Below, piece by piece: positions 27,049 through 35,863 of a stretch of DNA of 64,000 nucleotides (its first letter is position 1; every line of letters starts with the position of its first letter). The position numbers and the translations under genes were made by a program. The notes under the pieces were generated by a model. The model was not told where the DNA came from. It was given only the letters and a program-made list of their open reading frames with translations, and searched no databases. This DNA is from an uncultured Eubacteriales bacterium (GTDB lineage Bacteria > Bacillota > Clostridia > Christensenellales > UBA1242). The DNA lies in the NCBI GenBank assembly GCA_902476355.1, contig CABSCS010000001.1:5512-69511 (forward strand). Direction: 5' to 3'.

Positions 27049-28532
27049 TTTTCCGCCACCGCCTTTTGTTTGTTTTTGCTTTGAGTTTTCGGATGCTTTT
27101 TGCCATATGGAACAAGTCGAACACTGTTTAGTGTTTTAAAACTTTTTGGACGATATGTCATGCTGGATAGTGGCTGTTTAATGAAACTATCCTTCATGTC
27201 GGTGTTCACAGTTGGAGCATATGGCGCAAAATATGGTGCACCAAAATTTTCAATTGAAACTAAATAGGTCAACAATACAAAAAATCCAATAAACAAGCCA
27301 TAAAACCCACTTATTCCGCCAAGAACAGTCATCACCGTCCGAATAACCGACAACTCACTTGACTGGTTTGGAATGATATATATAGTGATTCCTGAAATGG
27401 CGACAACCACAATGCTCGGAGGCGTAATGATGCCCGCTTGAACTGCCGTGTTTCCAAGGATAAGCGCACCAATGATTGAAAGCGCCATTCCAAGTTGTTT
27501 TGGCATTCGAACACTTGCCTCACCCAAAATTTCGAACAAGAAAAGCACAAACAAAATTTCCAAAATTGGCGGGAAACTTAGCCCCTCGATAGAGTTTAGA
27601 AGACTGATTAAAAAGTTGATTGGCAAAACCCGATATTGATAACTTTGAAGAGCAACATAAATTCCCGGAAGCATCACCGCAAAAAGAAGCCCCGTAAGAC
27701 GCAAAATTCGAACAATTGTTGTTCGCGCAGGAATGTCATAGTAATCATTTGGCGATTGAAGGTCTTCAAAATAGACATATGGCGCGGTCAAAATTATTGG
27801 CGACCCATCAACAATAATGGCAACCCTGCCCTCTAAAATCTTTGCAACTGCAACATCTGGCTTTTCGGTTGTTCCAATGCGTTTGAAAAACTTTTCTTCT
27901 TTTGAGCCCAAAAATTCTTCAATATAAAACGAATCAATAACGCCGTCGATATCAATGTTTTCAATGCGTTTTTCAATTTCTTTTACAACATTTTTAGATG
28001 CAACATCTTCAAGATAAACAAGTGCGACTTTTGTTTTTGTTCTTCTGCCAACAACATGATTTTTCACCGCCAAAGTTGGGGTTTTAAGGCGCTTTCGAAT
28101 CAGTCCCATGTTTGTTTCAAGGTCTTCAATGAATCCCTCTCTTGGCCCCCGAAGAACACTTTCGCTTGGGGGCTCGGCAATTGCACGTTTGCTGTAACCC
28201 GGTGCCGGAATGCTCAAAAATCCTTTTTCACCTTGAACGCCAAGAACAACCGCGCCGTTGAAAATTTCTTCTTGAACTTGTTTCTTTTCTTGAACAGGCT
28301 TCACCTTCACCGATGCAAAAACATTGGTTTCAAGTTGCCCCAAAATGTCCTTTTCTTGCAACTTTGACTCGCGAAGAGCAAGCAAAAGCCCCGACAAAAT
28401 GTTTTCTTTGTTCACCATGCAAGAAACATAGAAAAAATATGCCTTTTTCTTTCCAAAGTCGAACTCTTGACACTCTATGCCACAATTTTCACCAAACCAA
28501 CCAAGAACTTTTTGTTTTAATCCACCTTTCAT
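27045..28532 (-). CDS. GerAA-type spore germination protein (A subunit)
   Basis: GerA-family stretch ESVLRGPREGFIEDLETNMGLIRKRL and a C-terminal TM cluster. The start is uncertain: ATG 28530-28532 (495 aa) versus TTG 28565 (506 aa). Confidence 0.85.
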   Translation of the reverse strand: MKGGLKQKVLGWFGENCGIECQEFDFGKKKAYFFYVSCMVNKENILSGLLLALRESKLQEKDILGQLETNVFASVKVKPVQEKKQVQEEIFNGAVVLGVQGEKGFLSIPAPGYSKRAIAEPPSESVLRGPREGFIEDLETNMGLIRKRLKTPTLAVKNHVVGRRTKTKVALVYLEDVASKNVVKEIEKRIENIDIDGVIDSFYIEEFLGSKEEKFFKRIGTTEKPDVAVAKILEGRVAIIVDGSPIILTAPYVYFEDLQSPNDYYDIPARTTIVRILRLTGLLFAVMLPGIYVALQSYQYRVLPINFLISLLNSIEGLSFPPILEILFVLFLFEILGEASVRMPKQLGMALSIIGALILGNTAVQAGIITPPSIVVVAISGITIYIIPNQSSELSVIRTVMTVLGGISGFYGLFIGFFVLLTYLVSIENFGAPYFAPYAPTVNTDMKDSFIKQPLSSMTYRPKSFKTLNSVRLVPYGKKHPKTQSKNKQKAVAEK

Positions 28533-28810
28533 TGCTTTTTTCCTTTTTGCTAGTTTGAGCAACAAAAAGTGGTTTTATGTATGCCTTTCAGAAACAATGA
28601 TAATGTCAAATTTACCCCCACATTTCCACACAAAAAAATAAAAGCACAGGTTTACCCGTGCCTTTTTTTGTATGTTATATATTTGAAATCTGTTTTTGCT
28701 TTTGAGTTAAAATTGACAATCTTTATTCCCTTGCCGTTTATTTTAAAGTGAGCGCAGACTTTTTGATTGGACTTTCAGATTATTTAAACAAAATTTTACA
28801 CAAACCAAAA

Positions 28811-28837
28811 GAAAAAGACCTTTCGGTCTTTTTTTTG
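28811..28837 (-). terminator. Terminator after the 143-aa hypothetical gene
   Basis: AAGACC-TTTC-GGTCTT stem; the minus strand is followed by TTTTTCTTTT; ~15 nt after the stop at 28845. Confidence 0.6.
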
Positions 28838-28844
28838 TTGGTTT

Positions 28845-29276
28845 TTATTTTTCTGGTTCTGAATTGTCTTCGGATGGTTTTGCTTTTTCTTTGAGTGGAA
28901 ATTGCTTTTGGAAAAATGAAATTTGTGATTCCATTTGTCCAATAACATCAATCGCATCACGGCGATTTTCAACGACCGCTTTAAGGTTTCCACGTTTGAA
29001 AATGTTTCTTGAATCTGCAAGAGTTTGCTCTGATTGAAGAAGCAAAAGTCTTTCAGAACTCAAAAGCACTCTGTGAAGTCTTGCAATACGGTTGGTGTAA
29101 AGTTTTCTTCCAACAGTAATGTTTGGGCTTGCAATGCGTTGTGCCATATCTTTCATTTCTTCAACAATAGAAATTTGACGATCGTCATATTCTTTTTCAA
29201 GAAACAAATCAATGTTGTCTTGAAGTTCAAGGCTTGCGTGCAAAAGTCCAATGTCATATTGATTATCGTTATCCAT
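28845..29276 (-). CDS. Hypothetical protein (helical, no family recognised)
   Basis: 143 aa from ATG 29274-29276 with AGGAGG SD. MDNDNQYDIGLLHASLELQDNIDLFLEKEYDD... The 37-aa extension in the ORF track is rejected. Confidence 0.6.
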   Translation of the reverse strand: MDNDNQYDIGLLHASLELQDNIDLFLEKEYDDRQISIVEEMKDMAQRIASPNITVGRKLYTNRIARLHRVLLSSERLLLLQSEQTLADSRNIFKRGNLKAVVENRRDAIDVIGQMESQISFFQKQFPLKEKAKPSEDNSEPEK

Positions 29277-29411
29277 ATTGCCTCCTGTTTTTACACTCAA
29301 TATTGTAACATGCAAAAATATCAATGTCAATATGCATTTTCGGCAAAACCACTCATTTTTCACAGGTTTTTGCATTTTTTTTTGCAAAGAAAAAAGAGCC
29401 GTTTCGCTTTT

Positions 29412-29918
29412 TTAAAGTTTCATTTCGTAAAGATAAAATTCATGACCATAACGTTCGGTTTCGCCAACGTTTTCAAAACCAAATTTATGATATAGATTTT
29501 TTGCTTTTTCATTGTGGCGTTCAACCAAAATTCGAACGCCGTCGAAGCCCTGTTTTCTCAAATCATCAAAAACATATTCAAGCATTTGTGTTGCAAAGCC
29601 GTGTCTTTGCATGCTTGGAGAAACACCAATACGCGCAAATGAAGCACGCTTTTTGAAAGGCTGTTTCCATGTGAAATTTTCCTCGCCATCTTCACAGCGT
29701 TGCCCTGCAAAACAAATTGCAACAAGACGCCCATTTTCATAGCCACCATAAAGCCCGTTTCGCTCAATGTCAAAGTTTACAATCTCTTCGTTTGGATAGT
29801 CATCTTCCCAAAAAGTGTGAGAGTTTGTTTTAATGTCGGCATAAAGTGCCATGATTTCTTTCATGTTTTCTTTTTTAAGTTTTCTGATTTCCATGACATT
29901 ATTATACATTCTTTTCAT
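29412..29918 (-). CDS. GNAT family N-acetyltransferase
   Basis: 168 aa. Acetyl-CoA motif A-like IGVSPSMQRHGFATQMLEYVFDDLRKQGFDGVRILV...NEKAKNLYHKFGFE. The start codon is uncertain (no clear SD). Confidence 0.8.
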   Translation of the reverse strand: MKRMYNNVMEIRKLKKENMKEIMALYADIKTNSHTFWEDDYPNEEIVNFDIERNGLYGGYENGRLVAICFAGQRCEDGEENFTWKQPFKKRASFARIGVSPSMQRHGFATQMLEYVFDDLRKQGFDGVRILVERHNEKAKNLYHKFGFENVGETERYGHEFYLYEMKL

Positions 29919-30028
29919 TTTTCACGCAAACAAAAAGCGCCTCATCAAAATTTTTAAAGCCACAAAATTGATAGACAAGCAAAGAAAAAAACAATATACT
30001 GAAAATATAAACAACCTTGGAGGAAAAA

Positions 30029-31201
30029 ATGGAAAACCAAAGCAAAGAACTTTCTCAAATTAAAAACTCTTTTTCTGCAAAACGAAAAAGAAAATGTGCA
30101 AAAGTCCTTTCATGCATTTTTGCTTTTGCAATTGTGTTTTTTACATTTTTCACAATCACCTGGTTTGTTGGAAGTTCAAAAATTTTAAACTATATTTCAA
30201 ACCTTGAAATTTCAGCAAAAGCCAACGAAAATGTGATTGTTTCTAAAAATGCAGAAACCGGAGTTGCAACAATAAACAACAAAACTGGCAGAGAACTGAA
30301 AATTTTGCAAATAACCGACATTCATTTTGCATGTAGCATTTTCCGCTATAATTTTGACAAAAAAGTTGTAAACCAAATTGTGAAGTGTGTTGAGAAAAAC
30401 ACACCAGACATTATTGTTGTCACCGGTGATGCGATTTCGCCAATTTGGATAACCTCGGGAACCCGAGACTCATACAAACAACTTGATGCATTTTTAGCAT
30501 TGTTTGAAAAAATTGGAATTCCATATACCTATTGTTTCGGAAACCATGACGCAACCGGAACCGCATCGAAAAAATATATTTCAGACAAAATTGAAAAAGC
30601 CGAGCATTCTTTCTATCTTGGCGGGGTGAACAATGTTCAAGGCATGGGCAATTATGTTGTTAAAGTTGAAACAAACGGAGTTCTTTCCTCTTCTTTCATT
30701 TTAATGGACAGCAACCAAAACCTTGACGGCGACTATGAAGGCATAAGCGCAAAACAAGTTGTTTGGTATGAACAAAAAATCAAAGAACTTCAAGCCGAAA
30801 AAGCCGACATTAAAAACATTTTGTTCATTCATGTTCCAATTCCTGAATATGCTTCGTTTTATGCCGAAAGCAAAAAAGGCAACCAAAATTATGAAATTGA
30901 ACTTGGCTCGAAAGGCGAAAAAGTTTGCAAAGGAAAGCAAAAACATTTATACGAAAAAATGGCAGAACTTGGCGCAACCAAATGGGTTTATTGCGGACAC
31001 GACCACAAAAACAACTATTCGGTGAAAGACAAACAAACCGGCATCACACTTTCTTATGGCATGAGCATGGACTATACAGCTTATCCAACAATCAAGTTCA
31101 CAACAAAATATCGTGGCGGAAGAATGATTCTTCTTTCAGAAGATGGCAGTGTTGAAAGTTATCTTGTTGCGCAAGACAACAACTATGAAAGAGTAGTTTA
31201 A
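30029..31201 (+). CDS. Membrane-anchored metallophosphoesterase
   Basis: 390 aa from ATG 30029 (GGAGG SD). N-terminal TM. Calcineurin-like motifs QITDIHF, VTGDAISP, FGNHD, FIHVP and GHDH. Confidence 0.85.
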   Translation: MENQSKELSQIKNSFSAKRKRKCAKVLSCIFAFAIVFFTFFTITWFVGSSKILNYISNLEISAKANENVIVSKNAETGVATINNKTGRELKILQITDIHFACSIFRYNFDKKVVNQIVKCVEKNTPDIIVVTGDAISPIWITSGTRDSYKQLDAFLALFEKIGIPYTYCFGNHDATGTASKKYISDKIEKAEHSFYLGGVNNVQGMGNYVVKVETNGVLSSSFILMDSNQNLDGDYEGISAKQVVWYEQKIKELQAEKADIKNILFIHVPIPEYASFYAESKKGNQNYEIELGSKGEKVCKGKQKHLYEKMAELGATKWVYCGHDHKNNYSVKDKQTGITLSYGMSMDYTAYPTIKFTTKYRGGRMILLSEDGSVESYLVAQDNNYERVV

Positions 31202-31221
31202 ACAATAAAATATCAAAATAC

Positions 31222-31250
31222 AAAGAGTGGGTTTCCCCACTCTTTTTTTA
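31222..31250 (+). terminator. Terminator after the metallophosphoesterase gene
   Basis: GAGTGGG-TTTC-CCCACTC stem followed by TTTTTTTA; 20 nt after the stop. Confidence 0.75.
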
Positions 31251-31346
31251 CTTTTCTTTTTCAACATTTTTAAGCCAATCAAGGGCTTTTAAAAGTTTTT
31301 TGCAAAGAAAAACACCTTGCTAAAAAAAAGCAAAGTGCTTTGTTTT

Positions 31347-31901
31347 TTATTTTTCCATTGCGTCTTCGGCGTCTGACCATGCTTTGCCGTTCACAAACTG
31401 TGTGAGAGCCATTGTGAATGCTTGAGCATTAAGGTCTATTCTGCTCATTACTTCGTGGGTCAAAATTCCAATTCCACCAGTTCCAGAATGAAGATTGTTT
31501 TCGTGGAAGATTTTATCCATCACATCGCCAAGACCAACTGTTTTGATTTCTTCAAGATACTTGTTTGGAATTGGAAAACTTGCGCTTGTTCCAACGCCTT
31601 GATTTCCGTTTTTGTCTTGAATGACAGCAACATTTGTAACCGCCCAGAAGCCAAGGTCAGAGAAAATTCCAGACTCTACAGCCACGAACATGTCGGCAGA
31701 AATATTGTTTTCCAAAGCATATTTCACAAGGTTTTCAACCCTGTTTTTTGCTCCGACAAAGGTTTCTTCTCCAATTGGTTGTTCGCTTACACCAGATGGC
31801 GAACTGATGCCAACAACCTCGACATTTTCAAAATAGTTTTCAAGTGCCATTTTTGCCCCTTTAATTTTTCCAGGGTTCTTTGTTCCGATTAGAACTTTCA
31901 T
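31347..31901 (-). CDS. Inosine/xanthosine triphosphatase (YjjX/DUF84-type non-canonical NTPase)
   Basis: 184 aa. MKVLIGTKNPGKIKGA, SGVSEQPIGEETFVGAKNRV and AVESGI parallel E. coli YjjX motifs (TNPAK, SGVPEQP, GARNRV, EAGI). Confidence 0.85.
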   Translation of the reverse strand: MKVLIGTKNPGKIKGAKMALENYFENVEVVGISSPSGVSEQPIGEETFVGAKNRVENLVKYALENNISADMFVAVESGIFSDLGFWAVTNVAVIQDKNGNQGVGTSASFPIPNKYLEEIKTVGLGDVMDKIFHENNLHSGTGGIGILTHEVMSRIDLNAQAFTMALTQFVNGKAWSDAEDAMEK

Positions 31902-32088
31902 GTTTTTTCTCCTTTTTGTTTATTTGGCTGTAATAAAAAAAATCTACTTATAAACAACAATAACCACAGCCAAAGACCTATTGTTATTGCCATTCATAAG
32001 AAGATTTTTTCAAATTTTCCCAACATAGACAATCTGGAATGACACGAGATTGTAATATTATTATCCCATGAAAATGCAGTTTTGTCAA
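31902..32088 (-). promoter_or_regulatory. Promoter plus ~150-nt structured leader upstream of the ITP/XTPase gene
   Basis: Minus strand TTGACA (32083-32088), 17-nt spacer, GATAAT (32060-32065). The leader has hairpin ACAATCT-11 nt-AGATTGT and a 9-bp stem TTTGGCTGT...ACAGCCAAA ending just before the SD. No known riboswitch class recognised. Confidence 0.45.
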
Positions 32089-32192
32089 GTCCCAATTTTT
32101 CTTGATTTTATTTTTTGCGCACGAAACAAGAACCTTAAAAACATTTCGTTCAAAAATTCAAAACATAAATGATATTTTTCAAAAAATTGCAT

Positions 32193-32220
32193 AAAAAAAG
32201 TATCACAAACGTGATACTTC
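32193..32220 (-). terminator. Terminator after the small membrane protein gene
   Basis: AGTATCAC-AAAC-GTGATACT 8-bp stem; the minus strand is followed by TTTTTTTATGC. Confidence 0.7.
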
Positions 32221-32226
32221 TTTCAT

Positions 32227-32448
32227 TTAAATGTTAAGCAATCTCCAAATATGTTTGCTTACAATCATAAGGATAAGGTCAACAATCCAAACAATTGTGA
32301 AACCGAAGATGAGTCTTAAAATTCCAGCAACGATTTTGCCTTCTGCAAAACGAGTTACAGCACCACAAATCCAAGATGTTACAGGAATGATTGCAAGAAT
32401 AACACTTACAATGTATCCAAGACCAAAATAATCTGATTTCTTTGCCAT
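32227..32448 (-). CDS. Small two-TM membrane protein (hypothetical)
   Basis: 73 aa. GGAGG SD. Two hydrophobic helices (GYIVSVILAIIPVTSWICGAV; LIFGFTIVWIVDLILMIV). Confidence 0.6.
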   Translation of the reverse strand: MAKKSDYFGLGYIVSVILAIIPVTSWICGAVTRFAEGKIVAGILRLIFGFTIVWIVDLILMIVSKHIWRLLNI

Positions 32449-32545
32449 ATTATTTTTACCTCCACATTATTATATATTTGAGTATACACTTTTTTATGCC
32501 ACAGAGCAACAAAAAATATGTTCATAAATATATTTTTTTAAAATT

Positions 32546-33934
32546 CTATCCTTGAATTGAACCAACTGTTCTTGGGAAGATTTCAACATCACGAATGTTT
32601 GAAATTCCGGTTAAATACATAACCATTCTTTCAAAACCAAGGCCATAGCCCGAGTGAATGTTTGTTCCAAAACGACGAGTGTCAAGATACCAAGAATAGT
32701 CTTCTTCTTTGAGTCCAAGTTCTTTCATGCGACCAAGCAAAACATCAAGGCGTTCTTCACGTTGGCTTCCACCAATAAGTTCACCAATTCCAGGAACCAA
32801 AAGGTCAACAGCGGCAACAGTTTTGCCGTCATCATTTTGACGCATATAAAATGCTTTGATTTCTTTTGGATAGTTTTTAAGGAACACTGGCTTTTTATAT
32901 ACAACTTCGGTGAGATATCTTTCGTGTTCACTTTGAAGGTCGATTCCCCAAGAAACTGGGAAAACAAATTTGTCTTTCACTTTTTCAAGTTCTTTGATTG
33001 CATCGGTATAGTCAAGACGAACAAAGTTGTTTGAAACAATGTTTTCAAGGCGGTCAAGAAGTCCGGTGTCAACAAACTTGTTCAAAAATTCAAGTTCGTC
33101 GTGGCATTCTTTCATGACATAGGAAATGACATATTTCACCATTTCTTCTTCATTGTCCATGAGTCCATCAATGTCGGTGAAGCACATTTCTGGCTCCATC
33201 ATCCAAAATTCGGCAGCATGGCGAGAAGTGTTAGAGTTTTCTGCTCTGAAAGTTGGCCCAAATGTATAGGTTTTTCCAAATGCATGGGTCAAAGTTTCTT
33301 CATGAAGTTGTCCTGAAACAGTAAGCGAAACTTTCTTTCCGAAAAAGTCTTGTGAATAGTCAACTTTGCCGTCTTTCTTTGGAAGATTGTCCATGTCAAG
33401 AGTTGTAACTTGGAACATTTCTCCCGCACCCTCACAGTCGTTTGCTGTGATGATTGGTGTATGGATATAAACAAAGTTTCTTTCTTGGAAGAACTTGTGG
33501 ATTGCATAGGCAGCAGTTGAACGGATTCTGAAAACAGCATTGAACAAGTTTCCTCTTGCACGGATTGTTGGAATGGTTCTCAAAAATTCGATTGTGTGGC
33601 GTTTTTTCTGCAATGGATAGTCGGCAGAAGACTCGCCAAGAACTTTCACTTCTTCGGCATTGATTTCGAAAGGTTGTTGTGCTTCTGGGGTTAAAACAAG
33701 TTTTCCAGTAACACAGAAAGATGCGCCAGAAATTTGTTTTACAACCTCGTCATAGTTTGCAACTTTATCGCGTTCAACAACAACTTGAACACACTTGAAA
33801 GCACCATCATTAAGCGAAACAAACGCAATGTTCTTTGAGTCACGAATGGTTCTTGCCCAACCGCAAATTGTAACGGTTTGGTTGCCAAATTTTTCATAGT
33901 TTTTGTTAAGATCTTTAATTTCAATACGATTCAT
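32546..33934 (-). CDS. asnS: Asparagine--tRNA ligase
   Basis: 462 aa. Class IIb motifs FRAENSNTSRHAAEFWMMEPEM, GSQREERLDVL and YGLGFERMVMYLTGISNIRDVEIFPRT. Confidence 0.93.
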   Translation of the reverse strand: MNRIEIKDLNKNYEKFGNQTVTICGWARTIRDSKNIAFVSLNDGAFKCVQVVVERDKVANYDEVVKQISGASFCVTGKLVLTPEAQQPFEINAEEVKVLGESSADYPLQKKRHTIEFLRTIPTIRARGNLFNAVFRIRSTAAYAIHKFFQERNFVYIHTPIITANDCEGAGEMFQVTTLDMDNLPKKDGKVDYSQDFFGKKVSLTVSGQLHEETLTHAFGKTYTFGPTFRAENSNTSRHAAEFWMMEPEMCFTDIDGLMDNEEEMVKYVISYVMKECHDELEFLNKFVDTGLLDRLENIVSNNFVRLDYTDAIKELEKVKDKFVFPVSWGIDLQSEHERYLTEVVYKKPVFLKNYPKEIKAFYMRQNDDGKTVAAVDLLVPGIGELIGGSQREERLDVLLGRMKELGLKEEDYSWYLDTRRFGTNIHSGYGLGFERMVMYLTGISNIRDVEIFPRTVGSIQG

Positions 33935-33944
33935 ATTTTTCTCC

Positions 33945-35225
33945 TTATGGGTTCAAGCGGTCTGGACCACGGAAAATGTACATTGCTTCTTTCAAACTTG
34001 GAAGGTCAAGAAGAAGCATCAAAAGTCGGTCAAGTCCAAGACCAAAACCACCATGTGGTGGGCAACCATTTTTAAAGAAGTTGATATAGTCGGTCATTGG
34101 AGTTGGGTCGATTCCTCTTTCTTCAATTTGTCTTTTCAAAACATCTGGGCGATGTTCTCTTTGAGCACCAGATGTGATTTCAACATCTTTGAAATAAAGG
34201 TCATATGACTTTGAATATTCTGGTTCATCTTCTTTTGCCATTGTATAGAACGCTCTAACTTTTGTTGGATATTCTTTTACAAAGAAGAATTGATGACCAT
34301 TTTTCTTTTCCATATAGTCGCAAAGGGCAACTTCTTGCTCTTTTGTGAAATCTTCGCCATCTTTAATGTCAATGTTAAGCGAGCGAAGAACCTTATATGC
34401 TTCTTTCATTGTGATTCTTGGGAAAGGAACTGTTGGAACAACAATGTCAACATTCAAAAGTTCTTTCACTTTTTCACCATGTTTTTTTGCAACTTCGCCA
34501 ATTGCATAGGCAAGCAAGTTTTCTTCAAACTGCATCACATCTTCAACGCCGTTTACATAACTCATTTCAATGTCGAAACCACTGAACTCGGTTGCGTGTT
34601 GTTTTGTGTGAGATTTTTCAGCACGGAAAACTGGCGTGTTGATGACAACTTTTTCAAAGCCTGCGCACATTGCCATTTGCTTATAGAATTGTGGGCTTTG
34701 AATGAGATATGCTTTTTTGTCGAAATATTTAACTTCAAAAACATCTGCACCACCCTCGCTCGATGTTCCAATCAAAGTTGGGGTGTGAATTTCAATGCAA
34801 CCATGGTCTATTGCATATTGACGCATTGCTTGGTTAAGTGTTGTTTCAACCTGGAAAATCAATGCTTTTGCAGGGCTTCGAAGGTCAACCCAACGATAGT
34901 CAAGGCGTTGGTCAATTGAACTGTCTTCTGCAATTGGAAGAGGCTCGGCATGGCTTGTGATTTCAACTTCTTCTGGAATAACTTCAATTCCGCCAAGTTT
35001 AACAAACTCGTTGGCAACTGCCTCTCCTTTAATTTTCACAGTGCTTTCCAAGGTTGCTTTTGAAAAGATTTCTGCAATTTCTGGTTTTTCTGCTTTTATC
35101 ACAGTAACTTGAACTTTTCCAGAAAGGTCACGGATAACAATGAACTGCATGTTTTTCTTGTCACGCAAGTTTTCAATCCAGCCTTGAAACTCTACTTTTC
35201 CTGGTTTAATTTCGCTTATTTTCAT
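33945..35225 (-). CDS. aspS: Aspartate--tRNA ligase, short archaeal/eukaryal type (no bacterial GAD insertion)
   Basis: 426 aa from ATG 35223-35225 (AAGGAGA SD). FRAEKSHTKQHATEFSGFDIEMSY, GAQREHRPDVL, HGGFGLGLDRLLMLLLDL...FRGPDRLNP. The stop is 10 nt upstream of the asnS start. Confidence 0.88.
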   Translation of the reverse strand: MKISEIKPGKVEFQGWIENLRDKKNMQFIVIRDLSGKVQVTVIKAEKPEIAEIFSKATLESTVKIKGEAVANEFVKLGGIEVIPEEVEITSHAEPLPIAEDSSIDQRLDYRWVDLRSPAKALIFQVETTLNQAMRQYAIDHGCIEIHTPTLIGTSSEGGADVFEVKYFDKKAYLIQSPQFYKQMAMCAGFEKVVINTPVFRAEKSHTKQHATEFSGFDIEMSYVNGVEDVMQFEENLLAYAIGEVAKKHGEKVKELLNVDIVVPTVPFPRITMKEAYKVLRSLNIDIKDGEDFTKEQEVALCDYMEKKNGHQFFFVKEYPTKVRAFYTMAKEDEPEYSKSYDLYFKDVEITSGAQREHRPDVLKRQIEERGIDPTPMTDYINFFKNGCPPHGGFGLGLDRLLMLLLDLPSLKEAMYIFRGPDRLNP

Positions 35226-35242
35226 GTTTTTCTCCTTATAAA

Positions 35243-35275
35243 CAAAAAACTTTTTGGGTTTGCCAAAAAGTTTTG
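35243..35275 (-). terminator. Intrinsic terminator inside the aspS 5' leader (attenuator-like)
   Basis: Minus strand ACTTTTTGG-CAAAC-CCAAAAAGT (extendable to 12 bp) followed by TTTTTTGTTT. It ends ~18 nt before the aspS SD/ATG and lies downstream of the promoter at 35384-35413. Confidence 0.55.
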
Positions 35276-35383
35276 TTTTACTTGACAATATGAACCCATT
35301 TAAAATGTGTTTTAGAAATTATTATCATCGCCACAAACATTGTTTTTCATATTGTTTTTCCTTGTTTTTCATAAACTGATTTT

Positions 35384-35413
35384 ATTATAAAACCGCAAGG
35401 GCGTTTTTGTCAA
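35384..35413 (-). promoter_or_regulatory. Sigma-A promoter of aspS-asnS
   Basis: Minus strand TTGACA (35408-35413), 18-nt spacer, TATAAT (35384-35389). The spacer contains a small hairpin AAAACGC-CCTT-GCGGTTTT that may also terminate the RNHCP gene. Confidence 0.6.
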
Positions 35414-35437
35414 CAACAATTGAAAAAATCTATGTTT

Positions 35438-35779
35438 TCACTGCTTTTTAGGCGCGAACTTTTCTTTTTTATAGGTTTTGTTCATAACCGACAAAATTGT
35501 TTCGAAATTGTCATCTTTTGCCGACTTGTTGTTGTGGTGAGCCCCACACACAGAGCACTCATATTCAATTATATAGCCGTCTTTTTTCACCAAAACGCCA
35601 ACTGGAAACATTGTTCCTTTGCAGGTGTTTTGCCTGTCTCCCGGAAAAATGTCAACATGTTTTGATGCAAGACAATTTGGACAATGGTCACGCGAGGTAT
35701 AGCCAAGTTTTTCAACCTTTGCCCCGCAGTGTTCACAGACAAATCCGCTGTCATTTTTTGTGAAGTTTTTAATGCCCAC
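35438..35779 (-). CDS. RNHCP domain protein (zinc-ribbon-like)
   Basis: 113 aa. FVCEHCGAKV...SRDHCPNCLASKHVD...ECSVCGAHHNNK (three CxxC pairs and an RDHCP motif). Confidence 0.75.
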   Translation of the reverse strand: MGIKNFTKNDSGFVCEHCGAKVEKLGYTSRDHCPNCLASKHVDIFPGDRQNTCKGTMFPVGVLVKKDGYIIEYECSVCGAHHNNKSAKDDNFETILSVMNKTYKKEKFAPKKQ

Positions 35780-35825
35780 AACTTTTCTCCTTTGTTATAG
35801 AATACAACCGCAAGCAAATTTTGTC

Positions 35826-35860
35826 AAATAAAAAACTTTCCAGAAAAAACTGGAAAGTTA
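35826..35860 (-). terminator. Terminator after dagK-ltaS
   Basis: CTTTCCAG-6 nt-CTGGAAAG 8-bp stem; the minus strand is followed by TTTTTTATTTG; begins 7 nt after the stop. Confidence 0.7.
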
Positions 35861-35863
35861 TTT

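Noticed and set aside
28533-28640. Forespore (sigma-G/F type) promoter upstream of the gerA-type operon
   Set aside because: GGCATACATAAAA looks vaguely like a sigma-G -10, but no acceptable -35 lies at the right spacing, so the match is not strong enough to annotate.
35325-35372. 15-codon leader ORF MKNKEKQYEKQCLWR in the aspS leader
   Set aside because: It has no SD and no run of Asp/Asn codons, so classic leader-peptide attenuation is unsupported.
35276-35383. T-box riboswitch in the aspS leader
   Set aside because: The leader is only ~110 nt before the terminator. I could not find the T-box core (GGUGGUACC-like), a stem I GA/K-turn motif or an identifiable GAC/AAC specifier loop. It is kept only as a generic attenuator candidate.
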